A stretch of DNA of 64,000 nt, taken from assembly GCA_049423385.1 (NCBI GenBank), contig JBMSQQ010000005.1, positions 1 through 64,000 of the forward strand, read 5' to 3'. Below, in pieces: positions 59,475 through 64,000 of this stretch. The DNA is from Silvanigrellaceae bacterium (GTDB lineage Bacteria > Bdellovibrionota_B > Oligoflexia > Silvanigrellales > Silvanigrellaceae). A program made the translations under genes and the position numbers. The notes under the pieces are model-generated. The model saw only the letters and a list, made by a program, of their open reading frames with translations. It was not told where the DNA came from and did not search any database. Within the stretch, counting starts at the first letter, position 1; each line of letters opens with the position of its first letter.

Positions 59475-60000
59475 GAAACTCGAAGCACAATTGGCTTCGA
59501 ATGTGGATGAACTGCCGGTCGCCTTGAACCGAGGTCGGCAGTTTCTGGCATGCAGGGTTGCAGAACAGGAACTTCTTGTGGCCGTTGATGATATTCGTGA
59601 AATCATCATGCCGCTGCCGATTGCCTTTTTGCCCAAGGGGCATGGGCAGGTGGAAGGCGTCATTGCTGTGCGTGGCGAGATTATGCCCGTTTTGAACTTG
59701 CGAAGAATGCTGTCCTTCAGCAAGGGGCAATTGACCCCGATGACTCGCATTTTGATTGTCTGTCCCGAAGAGGACGATTTCGGACTCATTGTCGACGAGA
59801 TTGTCGAGTTTGTCTGGCTCGAGGACAAGGATTTGGATCCGGTTGCGCAGAGCTATCTTTCCAATGAATTCAGGGTCGTGTCGGGGCTGGCGAAAAATTC
59901 CAGCGCGGTGAGGCCGATCCTGGATGTCAGACTTATTCTGAATTCCGTATTTTCGAAGGGAGATCGTGATGAAAAACACATCGTTCAGACTGCATCTTGA
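59455..60000 (+). CDS. cheW: CheW
   Basis: VEGVIAVRGEIMPVLNL, FGLIVDEI; ATG 59455 overlaps the cheA end. Confidence 0.9.
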   Translation: MLEELRKKLEAQLASNVDELPVALNRGRQFLACRVAEQELLVAVDDIREIIMPLPIAFLPKGHGQVEGVIAVRGEIMPVLNLRRMLSFSKGQLTPMTRILIVCPEEDDFGLIVDEIVEFVWLEDKDLDPVAQSYLSNEFRVVSGLAKNSSAVRPILDVRLILNSVFSKGDRDEKHIVQTAS

Positions 60001-60361
60001 GCAGGCGATTTTTTCACGTCTTTCAGCACTGATTGTGGGAGTCTGGTGTTCCAGTCTCTTTGTATCGTGCGTTCCCCAGTCTCGAGCACCCACCAAAATC
60101 AAGGTTCTCAGCTTGAACCCTGATGAGTACGTTGGCTCGCGGGTCCACTTGAGCGGCCGGGTCCAGGGGGTGGGGCCCGCGGATTCATATCTATTGGTTG
60201 AAGATGATACCGGCAGGATCATGGTCGGAACCGAGCAGATTGCCCAAAAGACCAGCTGTCCCTCCAATTCAAAAATTGAGCTCATCGGCACCTTGCGGCG
60301 CCTGAAAAGTGTTCCTCAGCCTTACTTCTCGATGGATTCTTTGTTAGAATGCACACCTTGA
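59969..60361 (+). CDS. Small probable OB-fold lipoprotein
   Basis: FVSC lipobox-like; VHLSGRV...YLLVEDDTGRIMV OB-like pattern. Confidence 0.55.
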   Translation: MKNTSFRLHLEQAIFSRLSALIVGVWCSSLFVSCVPQSRAPTKIKVLSLNPDEYVGSRVHLSGRVQGVGPADSYLLVEDDTGRIMVGTEQIAQKTSCPSNSKIELIGTLRRLKSVPQPYFSMDSLLECTP

Positions 60362-60385
60362 GGAAATCTTTCGCAAGGCTGAGGC

Positions 60386-62128
60386 ATGAAACATCGTTTT
60401 GTGTGGGTTGTCTTTCTTGGACTGCTCACCGGCTGCAAATACATGACGTTTCTTCGCAAGCAATCGCTGACCTTGGATGCACCCAAGGAGATGGAACTCG
60501 TTGTCTATAAACAGATTGGCAAACCCAACGAAAAAGTCATGAGTCCGGTGGGACTGATTCGTGGTGGGGAAAGCATCGAGCTCGAAGCGGGTGATTACAT
60601 CGTTGCCAACGAGTGTTCAGGATACGAATTCAAACAATCGAAAGATCGACCGACAAAAATTCCAGTGCGTCGCTTGACCCTGACTTTGCACGGCGAGTCG
60701 ACCGACAGCGAGCCAATCGACAGCAACAACCCTCAGCAAACAAAAGAGGCCTCAAACCCCGAACCGGCCAAAGAAGACGAGACGGTGGTTGAACCGAAAA
60801 CTGCAACTGCGCCGGATTCCGGGCTCAAAGCCGAAGATTCCACGCAGGTTCAGGTCAATACGCCTCCGGAAAGAGGAATTGTTCACACCATGTGTGTTGA
60901 TCCCCTCGACCAGCAAAGGAATCAGTGGACCCGACGCCGCGAGTTCGACATTTTGCCTGGCACAACCGAGATGCGCATTGGTGGCCGACTGATCAAACTC
61001 GAAAATCATGGTGAAACCAGCGATCCCATCAAGCTTGACCTCTATCCGGTGGCAATCAACTCCAGCTTTCCCGAAATTCAAGCCAGATTTTATTTGAATC
61101 CGGAAGAGAAGGAACCAAAGAATGAAGCCTCGGTGGTTGCCGTTGAGGCCAATGCTCCCACATGGCTGTTGCCTGGAAATTACACCCTGGAGGTCAACGG
61201 AACCCGCAGAAAAGTGACTGTTGAACAGGGCGCCCGGACAGATATTTCTGTTGGTGTTTTGCGGGTCGAAATGCCGGAAAACTTTCCGTTGGACGATAGG
61301 CTCAAGGCGGGTGGTCAGCCCGTGTTTGTGTATCTTGATTTCGGTGCGCTGCTGAACATGGATACCGACTACGTTGTTTTTCCGGGCAGCTACAATGTGT
61401 CAATTGAGGGTTCGGAAGTTCAGGATTTGTTCCAGGTCGAAGGCGGAGAAAAGACCGTGGTGAAAACATTCGCGGCCCGGGTCGATGCGCCTCCTTGTCC
61501 TGACAACCTGAAATCCTGCAAAGGTGCGCCTCGCGTGACAATTCACCGCGAACAAAAACCCTATGCCTTGATGATTGTCGAACCACGATTGCCTTTCCTT
61601 CTGTTGGAAGGTTCTTACGAATACGGAGTCGAGGGATTGCGTGGAATCAAGCGCAGCCTGCAGAAGAAATCCGGAAATCTTGCCGGTGAACCGCTTGCTC
61701 GTGTGCGCATCAAGTGGGATGTCCGACAGGCGCAAGGACGATATCGGACCGACTTGGTCCGAATTGAAAGCCGCGGACAAAACACCTTCGGCCGTTCGCT
61801 CGATCTTCTCTTCCACAGGCCCGATGAAGTTTACGTGCCTGCGGGGAATTATGACCTTACCTATTTCGTGGGAGACCCGGTGCTCGAACGCAGCAAGTCG
61901 CGGCTTGCATTGCATCTGGAGCCAGGTCAAACGCGCGAAGTTGTGGTTCCCATCTTCGTCGAAAAAGTCAACCGAACAGATGATAATCAGTCATCATCTC
62001 CGCTCAAGAGCGCCGGACTTCAGGACAATGCTGGAGGAAAGAATTCATCGGCCAATAAAAAAGAAACCGAAGCTGCCGATGGCGCTCCGGTTGTTTTGCC
62101 GCGAAGCCTCACGCCATTGCGGCGGTGA
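60386..62128 (+). CDS. Hypothetical lipoprotein with repeated small beta-sandwich (PEGA-like) modules
   Basis: LLTGC lipobox; repeated LEAGDY / LLPGNY / VFPGSY / LLEGSY / VPAGNY. Confidence 0.7.
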   Translation: MKHRFVWVVFLGLLTGCKYMTFLRKQSLTLDAPKEMELVVYKQIGKPNEKVMSPVGLIRGGESIELEAGDYIVANECSGYEFKQSKDRPTKIPVRRLTLTLHGESTDSEPIDSNNPQQTKEASNPEPAKEDETVVEPKTATAPDSGLKAEDSTQVQVNTPPERGIVHTMCVDPLDQQRNQWTRRREFDILPGTTEMRIGGRLIKLENHGETSDPIKLDLYPVAINSSFPEIQARFYLNPEEKEPKNEASVVAVEANAPTWLLPGNYTLEVNGTRRKVTVEQGARTDISVGVLRVEMPENFPLDDRLKAGGQPVFVYLDFGALLNMDTDYVVFPGSYNVSIEGSEVQDLFQVEGGEKTVVKTFAARVDAPPCPDNLKSCKGAPRVTIHREQKPYALMIVEPRLPFLLLEGSYEYGVEGLRGIKRSLQKKSGNLAGEPLARVRIKWDVRQAQGRYRTDLVRIESRGQNTFGRSLDLLFHRPDEVYVPAGNYDLTYFVGDPVLERSKSRLALHLEPGQTREVVVPIFVEKVNRTDDNQSSSPLKSAGLQDNAGGKNSSANKKETEAADGAPVVLPRSLTPLRR

Positions 62129-63214
62129 TTATTTTTTACATTTCATATAGCGGTCGAGAATCTCAGAAACACTCTTGTTCAGATTGTTTGACTTGACCTG
62201 GATGTAGTCGTCGCGGACTTCATTTGATTGCGGTATTGCAAGCAAAGCACTCCAATAGGATGAGAATGTGCTGTGTTCCTCTTTGCCCCAATCCATTCGG
62301 TTGAACAAATCGGAAAGCGAGGATTTTGCAGCAGCGTTCTGAACCTCGTCGTTGATGTCAGCGCCGTTTGAATCGTAGTACGAAACCAAGACCACACGTG
62401 CGTCCGTTCCAAGTGCTTTGCGGGCGGCCTTGATGGCGCTTGGAGTGCGGTCGGTCGGCAATCCATCGGTGATGAAAAGCATCAATGCCTGACGTGTGTC
62501 ACCCGATTTCTTTTCAGTCACAAGCAGCGAATTGGCGGCGCTGAAGGCTGTAACGTAGGGAGTCAGGCCTTTCGCATCGTGTGTAAATTTGAGCATATCC
62601 CAGATTTTCTGATTGAAAGCGGTGTCACTCGCGATTTGCGAGATGTCTGTCATTTTGGACGGCAAACCGGTATTTCCACCATTGTAGAAGACAGGTTCCT
62701 TCATTTCTTCTTCAGTGGGTGTGTCGCTCGATGCCTTGGGAAAGAGTGCAACACCAATGTCGATGCCTTGGTAGTTTGCATTTGCCTGTCTGGAGGCAAT
62801 ACCTGCTTTTTGAAGTTTCAAAATTGATTTGTAAACGGTGTATTGACGATAGGTGTAGATGTTTGACGTGTTCAATCCAGCGAAATCGGCATCCTTCAGT
62901 AGATACTTGTCATCGTCAAAAGTTTTGACCGCGTCCGAGCCCACGTAATCTGGTGCGCGTTGAACATCGTTTGGTTTGGCACCATTGGAACCTGTATTGT
63001 CGACAACGAACGCAACTCGCAAAGGTCGAAACTCATCTGGGCAGGCAACCAGTTCTTTGGCAAGGGCTCTGGCTCCAAAAGGTGTTGGAACTGTGTTGGC
63101 GCTTTTGAACTCAGTCTCTTTTTCTGAGCTGCAGGAGATTGTTCCAACTGCAATCCCGGCCAATGTGAGCAGCAATGTGCCATTGAACCAAGTCAGCGAA
63201 TTCATTTGCGCCAT
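62129..63214 (-). CDS. VWA-domain lipoprotein
   Basis: TISC lipobox; MIDAS DNTGS...LTP...FITDG. Confidence 0.85.
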   Translation of the reverse strand: MAQMNSLTWFNGTLLLTLAGIAVGTISCSSEKETEFKSANTVPTPFGARALAKELVACPDEFRPLRVAFVVDNTGSNGAKPNDVQRAPDYVGSDAVKTFDDDKYLLKDADFAGLNTSNIYTYRQYTVYKSILKLQKAGIASRQANANYQGIDIGVALFPKASSDTPTEEEMKEPVFYNGGNTGLPSKMTDISQIASDTAFNQKIWDMLKFTHDAKGLTPYVTAFSAANSLLVTEKKSGDTRQALMLFITDGLPTDRTPSAIKAARKALGTDARVVLVSYYDSNGADINDEVQNAAAKSSLSDLFNRMDWGKEEHSTFSSYWSALLAIPQSNEVRDDYIQVKSNNLNKSVSEILDRYMKCKK

Positions 63215-63241
63215 ACCCCAACCCCCTGGTTTAACCCTTTA

Positions 63242-63269
63242 CTATCGGAATTATTTTCCAGGGACTTGA
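63242..63269 (-). promoter_or_regulatory. FliA/sigma28-like promoter TCAA-N16-TCCGATAG
   Basis: Minus strand tcaa gtccctggaaaataat tccgatag; overlaps the end of the upstream gene. Confidence 0.65.
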
Positions 63270-64000
63270 GGGACAAGTTCGGTAAACCCAATCCCTTCAG
63301 AGGGTTGTTGGTTTTTTGAAGTGCCAATGCTGCCGGCTGCAAACCAGCGCGCCCGGGTGCTTCCTTCCCAATAGACCCGCGATTGCCCGAACCCTGGATT
63401 TGAAATTTCCTGATTTGCGAACGCGGCAGACGTTTCGACTTTTTCCAAACGACCCGATTGTGGATTTCGGAAGCTGATGGAAAAGCTCTGCGGATAGCAA
63501 TTTTTGGAGGCCAGACAAACCTCCTTGCCCGGCACGATGGCAACGTTTTCCAGCGAAAATGACTTGCCCGTGGATTCATCCCAAAGTTCACCTTTGGGCT
63601 GCACACGTTCTTTGCTGGATTGAATTTCATAAAACATCAGTGCTTTTTTGTTGGAAAAAGACAATCCAAACCAACGCCAGCCAACGTCCAGAACATTTTC
63701 AACGTGAATTTCGTGATCAAACCAAAGTCTGCCACACACATTCTCGCCCACCGGAAGTCCCATTGCGTTGCGTGACACACGCATGCCGCGGGCAACAACA
63801 AATGGCACACTGTAATAAAAATTACCGGTGGAATTTGTCTTTTGCAGCCAGCCGTCCTTGCCGTGAAACCAGATTTTGTTGGTTGGAAATTCGAGCTGCA
63901 AAAGATATTCTGTCCCGCGAACGTCGAAACGCAAATCCCACTGGACTGCCCTTTCGCTCAATCCCATTTGGTTCAGTCGCCAGTGCCCCAACGCAACGTT
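63251..64000 (-). CDS. CrtC/AttH-like lipocalin-domain protein (5' end outside the window)
   Basis: NFYYSVP, LWFDHE, GWRWF, YPQSF, YWEG, GFTEL; frame open to the window end. Confidence 0.8.
   Translation of the reverse strand, partial: NVALGHWRLNQMGLSERAVQWDLRFDVRGTEYLLQLEFPTNKIWFHGKDGWLQKTNSTGNFYYSVPFVVARGMRVSRNAMGLPVGENVCGRLWFDHEIHVENVLDVGWRWFGLSFSNKKALMFYEIQSSKERVQPKGELWDESTGKSFSLENVAIVPGKEVCLASKNCYPQSFSISFRNPQSGRLEKVETSAAFANQEISNPGFGQSRVYWEGSTRARWFAAGSIGTSKNQQPSEGIGFTELVPQVPGK

Noticed and set aside
1..64000. Mobile elements, prophage, defence systems, tRNA/rRNA
   Set aside because: No integrase, transposase, phage structural, nuclease-defence or stable-RNA signatures recognised by eye.

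Overview
Gene-dense bacterial chromosomal window of roughly balanced GC. Gene content (Agl-Glt-type cluster, TIGR04552-like protein, Myxococcota/Bdellovibrionota-type STAS and TPR proteins, many orphan lipoproteins) suggests Bdellovibrionota (Oligoflexia/Silvanigrellales-like); this is an inference. Contents in order: a >1750-aa Ig/cadherin-repeat surface lipoprotein running off the left edge (missed by the ORF track); LysM and beta-barrel genes; htpG; a TIGR04552-like / FAD-FeS oxidoreductase / mutarotase-like operon; a contiguous 8-gene Agl-Glt-like (TolQ-TolR-TolR-OMP-GltC-GltD-GltE-GltG) cluster; M23 peptidase, TrmH, STAS, DUF2058 and DsbA-like genes; galT-galK-GH42; an Ig+RCC1 lipoprotein; an unusual chemosensory cluster; class II DAHP synthase, cdsA, GAF-like + small subtilase, yggS, maf; a second CheA (two Hpt) + CheW; VWA and CrtC/AttH-like genes. 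Main observations: (1) two adjacent CheB paralogues with complementary degeneracy (CheD-REC-dead esterase next to dead-REC-active esterase), with no CheY or MCP in the window; (2) a TCAA-N15/16-(G/T)CCG promoter motif (FliA/sigma28-like) in front of seven envelope genes, mostly orphan lipoproteins; (3) a candidate structured ncRNA after the Agl-Glt cluster; (4) an inverted DnaA-box pair beside an AT-rich tract. No rRNA, tRNA, CRISPR or mobile element was recognised. All calls come from reading motifs by eye; no database searches were run.
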